Notes under the pieces: model-generated
Database searches by the model: none
What the model saw: the letters and a program-made list of their open reading frames with translations, nothing else
What the model was told of the DNA's origin: nothing
Shown: in pieces, positions 1-10,551 of the stretch
Position numbering within the stretch: position 1 is the stretch's first letter
Layout: each line of letters starts with the position of its first letter
From: Candidatus Kerfeldbacteria bacterium
GTDB taxonomy: Bacteria > Patescibacteriota > Patescibacteriia > UBA10025 > JAHIVO01
Direction of reading: 5' to 3'
Length of the DNA: 64,000 nt
Assembly (NCBI GenBank): GCA_047946875.1
Contig: CP181398.1
Span: 574,514 to 638,513, forward strand
Made by a program: the position numbers and the translations under genes

Positions 1-411
1 TGTACTAAAAAAATACCTCCACCATCGTTGAGGATTAGATATTTTTTCATTATTATTATTTAATGCTAATTTATTTGTACTATTAATATTTAATTCATCC
101 AAATCAACCGAATCACCTAATACCGCTACTACAGACTCACCAGGCTTTTGTAAACCAAGTTTTAATCTTGCCTGCTCCTCTTTAAATGTATCACTATCAA
201 AATATTCAACCAAACTACTTAATTCAATATTTTGTTGTTCCAACTCAGTTAATTCTTGTTGCAATTGATTCACTTCCTTCTCAACAGAGTATTTTCTCAC
301 TATTTCTTTAACTAAAGCCGTTGTAAAAAAAACTAAGACCAAAATCTCTGCTACAATTAGCACTTTTGATCTCAATAATCTCTTAATAAATGGTATTTGT
401 ATTTTCGGCAT
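1..411 (-). CDS. Septum formation initiator / FtsB-DivIC family protein (3' end runs off window)
   Basis: Manual translation MPKIQIPFIKRLLRSKVLIVAEILVLVFF...LQQELTELEQQNIEL...EEQARLKLGLQKPGE...NPQRWWRYFF: one TM helix, a coiled coil and the AR..LG..KPGE motif. Confidence 0.8.
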   Translation of the reverse strand, partial: MPKIQIPFIKRLLRSKVLIVAEILVLVFFTTALVKEIVRKYSVEKEVNQLQQELTELEQQNIELSSLVEYFDSDTFKEEQARLKLGLQKPGESVVAVLGDSVDLDELNINSTNKLALNNNNEKISNPQRWWRYFFST

Positions 412-543
412 TTTTACCTTAAAAAACGTGTTACTAATTTTTTAGTAAATATAAAGTAACACAATTTATTAAATAAGTCAATTTTTATATAAATAAAAAC
501 CTTGCCTTTAATTAAAAAGACAAGGTTTACTAAAATAGCTATT

Positions 544-3500
544 TTACTCCTTATTTTCAATGCACCATCTGTAGGCATTTTGAAAAGGCAATAACCATGG
601 ACTAGCATCAAAATCACTAAATTCTTCAGGCATCCAAGGCCACTGCCAAGGTAAAAATACTCTTTCTGGATGAGGCATCATAGCTAAATGACGACCATCT
701 GGAGAACATAATGCAGCTATTCCCATCGGACTACCGTTAGGATTGTCAGGATAAATCTCAGTAATATTGCTATCATTATCAATAAACCTAATCGGAGCAA
801 GTTTATTATCCAAAATATAATTGGTAATACTATCACTCTTACAATGATAACGACCTTCACCATGCGCTACCCAGACTCCAAGTTTTGAACCAGACATTCC
901 TTTTAACATAATCGAAGGACTATCTTCAATAATGATTGTAGAAAATCTTGATTCAAATCTCTCAGAAATATTTCTGATAAACCTAGGCTGGTTATCAAGA
1001 TCAATATTCTGATGTGGAATCCATCCAAGTAATGCCATTAACTGACATCCATTGCAGATACCGAACGAGAATGTATCGGGGCGTTTATAAAATCTATCAA
1101 ACTGATCCATGAGATGATCATTAAATTTTATTACACCAGCCCAACCTTTCCCGGCATCCATTACATCAGCAAAAGAAAAACCTCCAACAAATGCAATTCC
1201 CTGAAAAACATCAAGAGTTATCTTGTTGTTAAGCAGATCATGCATTGTGACATCCCAAACTTCAAAACCAGCCATAAAAAATGCAGAAGCCATTTCCTTA
1301 TCACCATTACTACCTCGCTCTCGCAAAATAGCAACTTTTGGTTTTTCATTTGACTCAATGATATATTGAGAAGTTTTCTCCGGAGTAAAGGTTACTGAAT
1401 ATGGTGGCGGAGCAATCCTAGTTAGATTGAGATCAAACTCAGATTGAACACAGGCAGGATTTGTTTGTAATTTATCCAACTCCATACTTGTTGTTTCCCA
1501 AATTGCTCTTAACTCTACCATTGGTTTACTCAGCACTGAGCCACCGTCATGGTTAATGTTGACTTGGCCACCTCGTTTACCAACATGGCCAATCAAGAGA
1601 TAAGGAATATCATACTCTCTCAATATTTTCACAACTTTATTATAATCAGAACACTCGATTAATATTCCAGCTTCTTCATTGAATAAAGTTTGAATTATAT
1701 TATTAGACAGCAGATTAACATCTACACCAACATTCCCAGCGAAAGCCATCTCAAGTAAAGAGACTATCAAACCACCATCACTCTTATCGTGTAATGAGAA
1801 TATTAGTTTTTTCTCAACTAACTCTTGTATTACATTAAATGAAAGCTTTAGTAATTCGACATCATCTATGTCAGGAGATTCATCACCTATCTGTTGGAAT
1901 ACTTGCGCTAAAGCAGATCCACCAAGCCTATCTTTGCCACCGGACAAATCAATAAATATAATTTCACTGCCAGGTTTCTTGAAATCTGGTGTGACTTTAC
2001 AAGTTATATCATCTACTGTGGCATAGCCAGTAATCACTAATTCAGGAGGAGCTTTGACAATATGAGTATTACCATCAGGACCTTTTGTTTTAGCTGCCAT
2101 AGATAGACTATCTTTACCGCCATCTATAGCTATACCTAGCTTGATCATGATATCACGAACGGCACAGGCTGCCTTATACAACCAAGCACCTTCACCAGGT
2201 TCTTTAGCAGCTAACATCCAATTACCAGAACATTTGATATCTTCTAACTGAGTTATCTTAGTTCCTGATATGTTTAATAACATCTCGGAAACTGACAAAC
2301 GAGCTGCTGCTTCCGGGGAGATCAAACCTTTGTTTGGTTGTTCTCCAATACTTGAAGCGATACCCGAGATATCAAAATGACTTTGTGCTACAACTGCGCA
2401 GTCAGCCAAAGTAATATGATTCGGACCAACACATTGTTGTTGGGCAATCAAACCAGTCACGCTTCTATCAACTTTTGTTGTTAAAAAGCGTTTTGATCCA
2501 ACCGAAACTAAACGCAGTACTAAATCTAATGCACTGGCTACCGTTAAATCTTGTGGTAGTTCCAATGGTTTTAAGGTTGGTAAGATTGTTTCAAGTTTGA
2601 AAGTCTTACGAGGCAATTTACCCAGCACTTTATCAAGTGGTAAATTCACTGGTGTGGTCCCATCATTCTTATCAAAAAGAATAAATAAACCATCTCCTGT
2701 CACCTGACCAATCAAAGCACATGGCGCATCTTCTCTATCACATATTTCCTTCACTTGATCAAAACGATCAGAACGAATTAAAAAAACTATCCTTTCTTGG
2801 CTTTCATTACAATGAATTTCATAATCAGATAAAGTTGCATCGCCTACTGGTATAGATCTCAAATCGATAACCGCACCAGCTGGATTAACAAGTTCGGGAA
2901 CAGCATTACAATCACCGCCCGCACCTAAATCAACCACTAACTCAACAGGATTATCATCACCTAGATTCACAAAAGTTTGAATGACTCTTGCAAGTCTATT
3001 TTCCATTTGAGCATTGCCGCGTTGGACAGAAGCAAAATCAAGCTCTGCTTCATTTTCACCAGAAATCATTGAGCTTGCAGCACCGCCACCAACACCAATA
3101 CGATAAGCTGGACCACCCACTTGGACGACCAACATATCTTTCTTTGGTTTACCCACTTTACTATGTGCATCATCATATTGTCCAATACCACCAGCCAGCA
3201 TAAGAGGCTTAAACCAACTGCGATACCCATCCGGCAAATCAATTCCAAAAGTTCGAGCATACCCATAAATTACAGGCACACCATAACAATTGCCATAGTC
3301 TGAAGCACCATTACTGGCTTGGATCATTATATCCAAAGGTGAAGCAAGATTTGGTGGATATTCCCAACCGTCGTTTTCCCAAGGCAAATCATATCCTAGA
3401 ATATGTAAATTACCAGTGCAGTAACCGGCGTTTGCAGCAATAACCAAACCACCAAGTCTCATTGCTAAGATATCTCTGAGCCAACCACCTATACCAGTTG

Positions 3501-4449
3501 CCGCACCTTGATAAGGTTCAACACCAGTAGGATGATTATGAGTTTCCACCGATAATATTGGATGGTAGGTTCTGATAACTTGAATAAAGTTAGAAACCAA
3601 TCCTGGCGTACTAGGTAAAATAGTTCTTACTATTTTACCATTGATTGCCGAACTGTCATCGCCAAATGCCACATTAGAATTGCCTGGATTAACCTTCCAA
3701 GGTTTTTTTATAATGTACATAAGACTATGAGGCATTTTCTTACCATCAATATAGAATCGACCAGTAAAAAAACCATGGCGCGAGTGTTCCGAATTAGAAT
3801 TACCCAGCTGACCCATTTCAACATTATTAGTATCTCTCTGAAGAAAACTTACAAATAAATCTAGATATATTTGTAAATCTTGCAAATCCATACTCAGTCC
3901 TAACTGCTTGTTGATAGCAGTCAAGGCAGCTTCGCCCTGACCCATAACTGGAACAATTTGAACCGGCTCTATAATAGCACCAGATTCAAAGTTTTCTAAT
4001 GGTTTAGAATATTCTGTCTCCGTCATTCGATCACAGTACTTAGATAAAAAATCACTTTGCTCATTTTGGTTTAATTCAACACTAAAACCAAAACGACGAG
4101 ATTTTTCCAGTCTCACAACTTTGTCTAAGCCACAAGAATGACAAATTGAAACAGCAGAAGAAGACCAAGCAGTTTCGAAATTAAGACGAGGCCCAATTTC
4201 TAAAACTGTTTTACAATCATCCAAATTACTTGTTTGACTAAAGTAATCCTCTTCAAAAGTTTCACTTAACAACCATTTCAATTTTTCTAGCTCTGTAAAA
4301 GTTAACTTTGAACCGTTTTTAATTTCAACATAAAAACACCACTCAGTTATTAACTTTAAATCACGAATAAAATCAATTCTAAAATTATTTATAATCTTAG
4401 AGATCATTGATTCGCTTAAAGCGGGTTTCCGATAAAATCGAATTATCAT
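544..4449 (-). CDS. purL: Phosphoribosylformylglycinamidine synthase, large single-chain type
   Basis: 1301 aa; NSEHSRH, ETHNHPT, DGGKDSLS motifs; glutaminase domain GICNG...MMPHPER. Confidence 0.97.
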   Translation of the reverse strand: MIIRFYRKPALSESMISKIINNFRIDFIRDLKLITEWCFYVEIKNGSKLTFTELEKLKWLLSETFEEDYFSQTSNLDDCKTVLEIGPRLNFETAWSSSAVSICHSCGLDKVVRLEKSRRFGFSVELNQNEQSDFLSKYCDRMTETEYSKPLENFESGAIIEPVQIVPVMGQGEAALTAINKQLGLSMDLQDLQIYLDLFVSFLQRDTNNVEMGQLGNSNSEHSRHGFFTGRFYIDGKKMPHSLMYIIKKPWKVNPGNSNVAFGDDSSAINGKIVRTILPSTPGLVSNFIQVIRTYHPILSVETHNHPTGVEPYQGAATGIGGWLRDILAMRLGGLVIAANAGYCTGNLHILGYDLPWENDGWEYPPNLASPLDIMIQASNGASDYGNCYGVPVIYGYARTFGIDLPDGYRSWFKPLMLAGGIGQYDDAHSKVGKPKKDMLVVQVGGPAYRIGVGGGAASSMISGENEAELDFASVQRGNAQMENRLARVIQTFVNLGDDNPVELVVDLGAGGDCNAVPELVNPAGAVIDLRSIPVGDATLSDYEIHCNESQERIVFLIRSDRFDQVKEICDREDAPCALIGQVTGDGLFILFDKNDGTTPVNLPLDKVLGKLPRKTFKLETILPTLKPLELPQDLTVASALDLVLRLVSVGSKRFLTTKVDRSVTGLIAQQQCVGPNHITLADCAVVAQSHFDISGIASSIGEQPNKGLISPEAAARLSVSEMLLNISGTKITQLEDIKCSGNWMLAAKEPGEGAWLYKAACAVRDIMIKLGIAIDGGKDSLSMAAKTKGPDGNTHIVKAPPELVITGYATVDDITCKVTPDFKKPGSEIIFIDLSGGKDRLGGSALAQVFQQIGDESPDIDDVELLKLSFNVIQELVEKKLIFSLHDKSDGGLIVSLLEMAFAGNVGVDVNLLSNNIIQTLFNEEAGILIECSDYNKVVKILREYDIPYLLIGHVGKRGGQVNINHDGGSVLSKPMVELRAIWETTSMELDKLQTNPACVQSEFDLNLTRIAPPPYSVTFTPEKTSQYIIESNEKPKVAILRERGSNGDKEMASAFFMAGFEVWDVTMHDLLNNKITLDVFQGIAFVGGFSFADVMDAGKGWAGVIKFNDHLMDQFDRFYKRPDTFSFGICNGCQLMALLGWIPHQNIDLDNQPRFIRNISERFESRFSTIIIEDSPSIMLKGMSGSKLGVWVAHGEGRYHCKSDSITNYILDNKLAPIRFIDNDSNITEIYPDNPNGSPMGIAALCSPDGRHLAMMPHPERVFLPWQWPWMPEEFSDFDASPWLLPFQNAYRWCIENKE

Positions 4450-4456
4450 GACATTT

Positions 4457-4538
4457 CTCCATATATTTAGTTTTCAAATTACAATTTTTGTATTTTATTT
4501 AGTCGTTAAAATTACCATTTATAATGATAAATAGTCAA
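4457..4538 (-). promoter_or_regulatory. sigma70 promoter, boxA-like motif and SD of purL
   Basis: Minus strand TTGACT...TGGTAATTT, then TTGTAATTTGAAAACT, then GGAG 7 nt before the ATG. Confidence 0.55.
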
Positions 4539-4567
4539 ATTCGATAAGATGTATATTCTATGAATTA

Positions 4568-4596
4568 TATTGTGTCCACAATACCAAGATGTTATA
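4568..4596. repeat. 29-bp direct repeat, copy 1 (copy 2 at 5996-6024)
   Basis: tattgtgtccacaataccaagatgttata vs tattgcgtccacaataccaggatgttata, 27/29 identical. Confidence 0.85.
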
Positions 4597-4652
4597 TCAA
4601 AAAACACCTCCTATTTATTGAAAGGTGTTTTTGGTTATTTCTTTATACCCTT

Positions 4653-5831
4653 TTAATCAATAGGGTTATTTCCGCTATCAATCTCAATTTTATCATCATA
4701 ACCGTCACCGTCTGTATCAGACTTATTATCGTTAGTTTGATAAACCAATTCTAAATAGTATGGGAGCCCATCATTATCATTATCTAAATCAATATCATCT
4801 TTTGCTACACTTTCCATATTTATAATATCAATTTCTCCTTTTTCTAATCCATCTTGGAAAACTAATTCTCTTATCATAAAAAAATAATACATTCTAAAAA
4901 ACGGAAACCTTACAATAATTGCGTCATCTTTTGTAAATCCTGGGGGGTAATCTATTTTCTCTGGACCAAAAACCATTCCAAAATAATAATACTGTCCATC
5001 ATCAATTACTGGAGTTAATACAAAGGGATTATTTTCCATCTCTAATATTCTATTTTTTATATCTTCGTTAATATCCAAATCCTTTATTAACTCCTCGTTA
5101 GAATTAAGCAAAAAATCACCATCGGCAAATTGAAATTGCTCGTCAGGTCGCACGTTAAAATCTATACGCATAAAATCAAGGTCATCTTGAGAAGAATAAT
5201 TAATTCGATTTTGAAATGCACTATATACTTCCTTAACTCTATCACCTACTAAAGAATGAAAAGCTGGCTGAAATTGTTCATTAGTTGATCCCCTTAATTC
5301 TTCAAGTCTATTGCCCCACGCTAGTAACTTAACATAATCATCCCAATATATTTCACTAATCCCAACATTTTCTAGTACTAATTTTTTATTATCACCAGTG
5401 TACTTTCCATTTATTAAATTTATATACTCTGTAATGGGTTTAAGTTCAATCCCCATTCTTATAATTGCTTCCTCAACTACATATCTATTTATAAATAAAT
5501 TTAAAGCAATAATTTCTTTTGGAGTTTTATTTAAATCTACTGGCATAATAAACTGCTGTTCCATACCTATAATAAATCCAGCCAGAGAATAGTTTGTTTC
5601 CATTTCACCTAACATTTCAACAATTCTTTCAAATTCAGTCTTATTAATATTATTATTAAAAACGGTTGCTATAGTATTGGCATCAACACTATTAATATTT
5701 ATATTTTCTATAACGGAATTATTGACATCAGATATATCTGACACTTCATTATTATTGACAGATAAATAATAAAATACGCCTCCTCCTATCAATACAACAA
5801 TGATAATAATTAAAATTAATATTTTATTCAT
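4653..5831 (-). CDS. Membrane-anchored hypothetical protein with C-terminal bacterial TSP3-like Ca-binding repeats
   Basis: N-terminal TM helix, N-rich linker, DLDNDNDGL...SDTDGDGYDDKIEI. Confidence 0.75.
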   Translation of the reverse strand: MNKILILIIIIVVLIGGGVFYYLSVNNNEVSDISDVNNSVIENININSVDANTIATVFNNNINKTEFERIVEMLGEMETNYSLAGFIIGMEQQFIMPVDLNKTPKEIIALNLFINRYVVEEAIIRMGIELKPITEYINLINGKYTGDNKKLVLENVGISEIYWDDYVKLLAWGNRLEELRGSTNEQFQPAFHSLVGDRVKEVYSAFQNRINYSSQDDLDFMRIDFNVRPDEQFQFADGDFLLNSNEELIKDLDINEDIKNRILEMENNPFVLTPVIDDGQYYYFGMVFGPEKIDYPPGFTKDDAIIVRFPFFRMYYFFMIRELVFQDGLEKGEIDIINMESVAKDDIDLDNDNDGLPYYLELVYQTNDNKSDTDGDGYDDKIEIDSGNNPID

Positions 5832-5995
5832 ATTTTTATACTCCTTTGTTAATAATATATATAAACCCCCATAATATAGTTATACATTGGCACCTCACCC
5901 TCATGTGGTACACCCCCTAATCGCTATATATTATCTCTTAGCTTTATTATATGACTTATGGATAGTTTTGGCTATCCTAAAGGGAATATGTGTTG

Positions 5996-6024
5996 TATTG
6001 CGTCCACAATACCAGGATGTTATA
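5996..6024. repeat. 29-bp direct repeat, copy 2
   Basis: Matches 4568-4596 at 27/29. Confidence 0.85.
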
Positions 6025-6035
6025 GATTATAAATT

Positions 6036-7265
6036 TTATGCATGACTCCCTGCCACATATCCAGTTGTCCAACACAATTGCAATGAATACCCACCAGATG
6101 GCCTACTTATATGCAATAAATCACCTGTTACATAAAGATTGTCATACAAACGTGAACGCATAGTTTTACCATCCACTTCTTTGATAGAAACCCCCCCATC
6201 TGTTATTACAGCTCGATTAGCCCCCATCAATCCAGTGATTGTAGCAGGCATTGCTTTGAGTAAATTTACTATCTCTTTTCGTTGCTCTTTGGTAACACTA
6301 TGAACCTTAATATCTGGATCAAAAGTTAGCATTGAAAGTAAAGCATCAGTTATACCATCAGGAGTAATTTCTGAAAAAATATTTATTAGAATTTTATTTT
6401 TATTTGCATTAAATACTTTTGTGATTCTTTTATCAAGAGTACCGAGATCTGTGTCAGGATAAGCGTCAATCTCCATGGTAACTTCTCCTTCATGTAATAG
6501 CTTGTAAACTTTTGCTGCCAAGTTTAATATCATTGGTCCAGAAAATCCAAAGTGTGTAAATAAAATTTTTCCCTTCTTCTTGATTACGCTCTTGCCATCT
6601 ACAAAAAAAGTAACCTTAATAGCTGATAGAGAAACTCCTGATAATTTTTTTACCCAAGATTCCTTTACAGCCAACGGGACTATGGTAGGTGTTGAGTCTT
6701 CAACAGTATGCCCTAATTTTTTTAACCATGTAAAACCATCTCCCGTTGAGCCAGTCTCAGGATGAGATTTACCTCCAGTAGCAAGAATAAAAGAAGTTGC
6801 CGTTATTTTTTTACCATTTACGATAATATGAGACACTTTCTTATTACTGCCTACTATTTCATCTACATTTACACCCTTTCTTACTTCCACTCCACCTTCT
6901 TTCATATATCGTTCCATAGTTTTGGAAACATCATTTGCTTTTTCCGATTCTGGGAAAGCTCTCTTTCTTGCTTGGACTACTAGGGGTAAATTTTGTTTGG
7001 CAAAAAAATCAAATGTATCTTCCATACCAAATTGATTAAATGAAGAATATAAAAAATTCTTTGCGTTTCCATAATTTGATAACAAGATTGTTTCTGATTC
7101 TTCTGCGTTGGTGATATTACATCTTCCGCCACCAGAGATATCTAACTTAACTCCAAGTTCTTTATTTTTTTCCAACAACAAAACACTCTTACCACGACTA
7201 GCGGCAGTACCTGCAGCCATCATCCCTGATGGACCTCCTCCGATTACAATTATATCGTATTTCAT
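6036..7265 (-). CDS. HI0933/BaiN-family NAD(P)/FAD-dependent oxidoreductase
   Basis: GGGPSG, ISGGGRCNITN, ATGGKSHP.TGSTGDG, LFTHFGFSGP, GGYSLQ motifs. Confidence 0.92.
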   Translation of the reverse strand: MKYDIIVIGGGPSGMMAAGTAASRGKSVLLLEKNKELGVKLDISGGGRCNITNAEESETILLSNYGNAKNFLYSSFNQFGMEDTFDFFAKQNLPLVVQARKRAFPESEKANDVSKTMERYMKEGGVEVRKGVNVDEIVGSNKKVSHIIVNGKKITATSFILATGGKSHPETGSTGDGFTWLKKLGHTVEDSTPTIVPLAVKESWVKKLSGVSLSAIKVTFFVDGKSVIKKKGKILFTHFGFSGPMILNLAAKVYKLLHEGEVTMEIDAYPDTDLGTLDKRITKVFNANKNKILINIFSEITPDGITDALLSMLTFDPDIKVHSVTKEQRKEIVNLLKAMPATITGLMGANRAVITDGGVSIKEVDGKTMRSRLYDNLYVTGDLLHISRPSGGYSLQLCWTTGYVAGSHA

Positions 7266-7288
7266 ATATAACAGTATACCAAGAAATT

Positions 7289-8620
7289 CTATCTACCGAA
7301 AGAAAAATCCTCCATAACAATATTATCTTTTTTTAATCCTTGCTCAATTAATTTTTTCTGATAATCATTCATCATCTGATGCGGACCACATAAAAATACT
7401 ACCGTATTATCAATCTTTCTCACTCTCTTCATAACAGTATCAACGGACAATCTCCCTTGATTATCAGAACATTGATTTATATAGAAAGAATCAGGGATCT
7501 TACCCAAGACACCAGTTAACTCAATGTCTAGACAAGCATCGTTCTTGGTCTTGGTACAATAATATAAGCTTACCCACTGACCATTATTCTTTTTGGCAGC
7601 ATCTTTTACCATGCTAACAAATGGCGCCACTCCAACCCCGCCTCCAATAAATATTAAATCTTTGTCATCTGATAATTTATCTGAGAATCTACCATAAGGG
7701 CCATAAATTTCAGCCTGATCTCCTATTTTTAAATTATCCAAACTAGAAGTGTAATCTCCCAATATTTTAATAGCAAATGATAATTCATTTTCATCCACAT
7801 GAGAAGTAATTGAGAATGGATGCATTTCTTTTTTAACTTCACTATCAAAATAAGTAATGTATGCAAATTGCCCTGGATTATATTTCATTTTATTACCCTC
7901 TGGTTCGAAGCTAACTAAATACGTATCACTTTTCTTTACTATCTTACTTACCTTATATTTATACTTAGCCGCTAATGATTTATAAAAAAATTGAATATAA
8001 ATATAAGCTGCTAACCCTGTTCCCCCTACTGCCATCATCCAATATCCTAACAATGGATAAATAGATGTATCACTAGGAGTACCTAGCATATGGAAATATC
8101 CAAATAACAGAGCTAAACCATAGAATTTATGAGTAAATCTCCATCGTTCGTAAGTTAATTTAATATACAGGGTTATTACTGTTAAAATTATAAATAACCA
8201 AAAACCAATAATACCAACATCTAAAGGAAGTTGTCCATTGGTTGGTAGAAAAAACTTAAGATTAAATATTTTATCTGGGAAATTCATCAGAGCTAACGTA
8301 ATAGGATGCACAATCAATAAAACTATTCCATAAATACTTACTTTTTTATGAATGGCATATACCTTATCAAGGCCACCAAACATATATTCCACAAAATGAA
8401 GTCGACTACTAAGTAGCATACTCCAACTTAATAACGTCATTCCAAATAAAGAAGCTATCTGAGAAATCAATAGCATTGGATAAGAAGTTATTTCTAGCCA
8501 AAAATCAGTTTTTGCTAAAAACCACAAAATCATTGTAGTATGAAGAGTAATAACAATCAATAAATTACCTACTCTATAAATTGGCTTACTTTTTTTTATT
8601 TTAATTTTTTCTTCTGCCAT
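7289..8620 (-). CDS. Ferric reductase-like membrane protein with FAD/NAD-binding domain
   Basis: About 6 TM helices with paired His (HKK..H, HKF..H), HPFSITS, GPYG, GGGVGVAPF, CGP. Confidence 0.88.
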   Translation of the reverse strand: MAEEKIKIKKSKPIYRVGNLLIVITLHTTMILWFLAKTDFWLEITSYPMLLISQIASLFGMTLLSWSMLLSSRLHFVEYMFGGLDKVYAIHKKVSIYGIVLLIVHPITLALMNFPDKIFNLKFFLPTNGQLPLDVGIIGFWLFIILTVITLYIKLTYERWRFTHKFYGLALLFGYFHMLGTPSDTSIYPLLGYWMMAVGGTGLAAYIYIQFFYKSLAAKYKYKVSKIVKKSDTYLVSFEPEGNKMKYNPGQFAYITYFDSEVKKEMHPFSITSHVDENELSFAIKILGDYTSSLDNLKIGDQAEIYGPYGRFSDKLSDDKDLIFIGGGVGVAPFVSMVKDAAKKNNGQWVSLYYCTKTKNDACLDIELTGVLGKIPDSFYINQCSDNQGRLSVDTVMKRVRKIDNTVVFLCGPHQMMNDYQKKLIEQGLKKDNIVMEDFSFGR

Positions 8621-9099
8621 ATTACATATCCTAAGATTGCTATTAAGGGTAAAAATATTGCAATCAAACCTTTTATTAATTTACTTTTATCTTTATCCTC
8701 TTCTACAGAAGTTGCAACAACTTCCGCTATCTTATTGTCGTCAGTATTACTAACCGTATTTATATTTGTATTAACTGAATCAGTAGAAATGCTACTATTA
8801 GTATTAGAGATTGTATTAGTATTTACTGAAGTATCATCCACTACATCCTCTGTAGGCTCAACAGCTGTAACTTCTTCTACAATCTCTGCAGTTGCATCAA
8901 CCCTATCTTCTGGAGCTAACTGAGAATGATCGCAAAGACCATCATTATCTGTATCTACATATCTAGGACATTCTCCTGGATAAGGATCATCAACTAAACC
9001 AAATGGACAGTCATCCCAAGCTAAAACTTCTGTTACTCCAGAGAATATTGAAAATAATATTACTAGCGAAACAACAGAAACTTTTATATACTTGGTCAT
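8596..9099 (-). CDS. Secreted, C-terminally anchored protein with a 3-Cys motif (DCPFGLVDDPYPGECPRYVDTDNDGLCDHSQ)
   Basis: Signal peptide, Cys/Asp motif, T/N-rich stalk, C-terminal TM helix; overlaps the downstream reductase gene. Confidence 0.7.
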   Translation of the reverse strand: MTKYIKVSVVSLVILFSIFSGVTEVLAWDDCPFGLVDDPYPGECPRYVDTDNDGLCDHSQLAPEDRVDATAEIVEEVTAVEPTEDVVDDTSVNTNTISNTNSSISTDSVNTNINTVSNTDDNKIAEVVATSVEEDKDKSKLIKGLIAIFLPLIAILGYVIWQKKKLK

Positions 9100-9107
9100 A
9101 GTTTTAA

Positions 9108-9752
9108 TTAATTACATTTATCAAAAGCTGGTAAATGTTTATCATCTGAAGCATTCATTAAACTAGTAAATATTGTGGTGATATCTTCATAGTCAGTAAC
9201 CGCTGGCAATAACTCATCAGAATATAATGCAGCATTGGCAATCTCGGCCTCTACACCTAACTGACATGAATCAGTAATAGTTACAGGTACTGTCAAAGCG
9301 CTTACATCATAAGGATCGGCAGGAATAGTAGCACCATATTTATCATAAATAGCTTTCAATGAAGAAATATGCTGCTCCTCTGCTCGAATAATCATTGAGA
9401 AAGGTCGGACAGATCCATATTCAGCAATCACTGCTTCATAAGTAGCTCGAGCTTTATATTCATCATCGATAGCTTTATCTAGTGCAGTCAAGACTTCACT
9501 CTCCAACTCTGATACCGGGTAATCAAGATTATCAACCTTTAGACAATCATCAGCGACACAGTTTGATTTAGTAACAATTTCATCGACTACTATATCATTG
9601 TTATATGTAGTATTTATATTAGTATCACTAGCAACAGTGTTTATAACTGCTGTTTCGGTTGTCGTAGAATCATCTGTAATTGTACAACCTGATAAAAATA
9701 TTGCTCCGATGGCTAGCACACCGACTAGTGCAAACAACTTTAAATGTTTCAT
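9108..9752 (-). CDS. Ferritin-like lipoprotein (DUF2202-like)
   Basis: Lipobox LSGC; DEYKARATY, PF..I..AE.QH, AEIAN, ASDDKHLPAF. Confidence 0.8.
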   Translation of the reverse strand: MKHLKLFALVGVLAIGAIFLSGCTITDDSTTTETAVINTVASDTNINTTYNNDIVVDEIVTKSNCVADDCLKVDNLDYPVSELESEVLTALDKAIDDEYKARATYEAVIAEYGSVRPFSMIIRAEEQHISSLKAIYDKYGATIPADPYDVSALTVPVTITDSCQLGVEAEIANAALYSDELLPAVTDYEDITTIFTSLMNASDDKHLPAFDKCN

Positions 9753-9824
9753 ATTATATTATTTATTATTAATTTGATATTGATATTATTACACAATTTG
9801 TTAAATTTATCTATATTAGTATAA

Positions 9825-9860
9825 TGCCTCTTTCATTAACACTTGTCATATGAAAGAGGC
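9825..9860. terminator. Intergenic hairpin
   Basis: tgcctctttcat-N13-atgaaagaggca, 12-bp stem; T-tract is weak. Confidence 0.5.
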
Positions 9861-9889
9861 ACAAACTAGGGATAAAGGGGTGTATTTAT

Positions 9890-10330
9890 TTAATTGTCTA
9901 AATCACAATTCCCGTCTCCGGCACCACCTTGTCCTTGACCTCCGCCGGTACCGCTACCGCCTCTTTGGCCAAAACCCATTTCACCTGAATGTGGTCCGTC
10001 GCCTGAAGCTATCATAGCATCACGTGCTGCTACTCGCTCGGAAATTTCTTCCTCACTTAAGCCGCGTTCTGCCCATCTGTCCATAGCTTTAGCACTCATC
10101 TGAGCATGCATTTCATCTATATCAACTCCCTGTTGTAGGGCGATTTCTTCGAAATCCATTGTCTCGTGAGCAACTGTTAATTCATCTACTGTCATTCCGA
10201 ATACTTCGGCTTTTGTCTCCATCATGCGATCAGAACCGGATCCGTTGTCACTAGCAGCTAGAGCAACGGCTCCGCCCACGAGGGTAAATGCAGTAAGACC
10301 AAGAACAGCGCTAAAGATATATTTTTTCAT
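9890..10330 (-). CDS. Secreted Met/Gly-rich hypothetical protein
   Basis: Signal peptide AVALA; KAEVFGMTVDEL helical motif; Gly-rich tail ending GDGNC. Confidence 0.7.
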   Translation of the reverse strand: MKKYIFSAVLGLTAFTLVGGAVALAASDNGSGSDRMMETKAEVFGMTVDELTVAHETMDFEEIALQQGVDIDEMHAQMSAKAMDRWAERGLSEEEISERVAARDAMIASGDGPHSGEMGFGQRGGSGTGGGQGQGGAGDGNCDLDN

Positions 10331-10551
10331 ATTTGGTTTACTTCTTTTAGTTAGTTAATTATTAATTATCGACCTTGCACTAATTATTACGCAGTAGAAA
10401 CGGTTTTATTTCAATAAAAAAAACACTCCTTACTTATGAGGTATTTCAAGTATTATTTAAATTCTTTTAACTACTATCTAATCCATACTTCAGATTCTGA
10501 CTCAGGAAAAGAAACAGGACAATTCCCCTTTTCAAAAAAATAGCCTCTTAA

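Noticed and set aside
1-35. Cassette-junction-like sequence aaaaaaatacctc...gagg at the window start
   Set aside because: It is the coding sequence for PQRWWRYFF in the FtsB-like gene; the match is coincidental.
10474-10545. Possible gene remnant (GNCPVSFPESESEVWIR*)
   Set aside because: Too short to support without a homology search.
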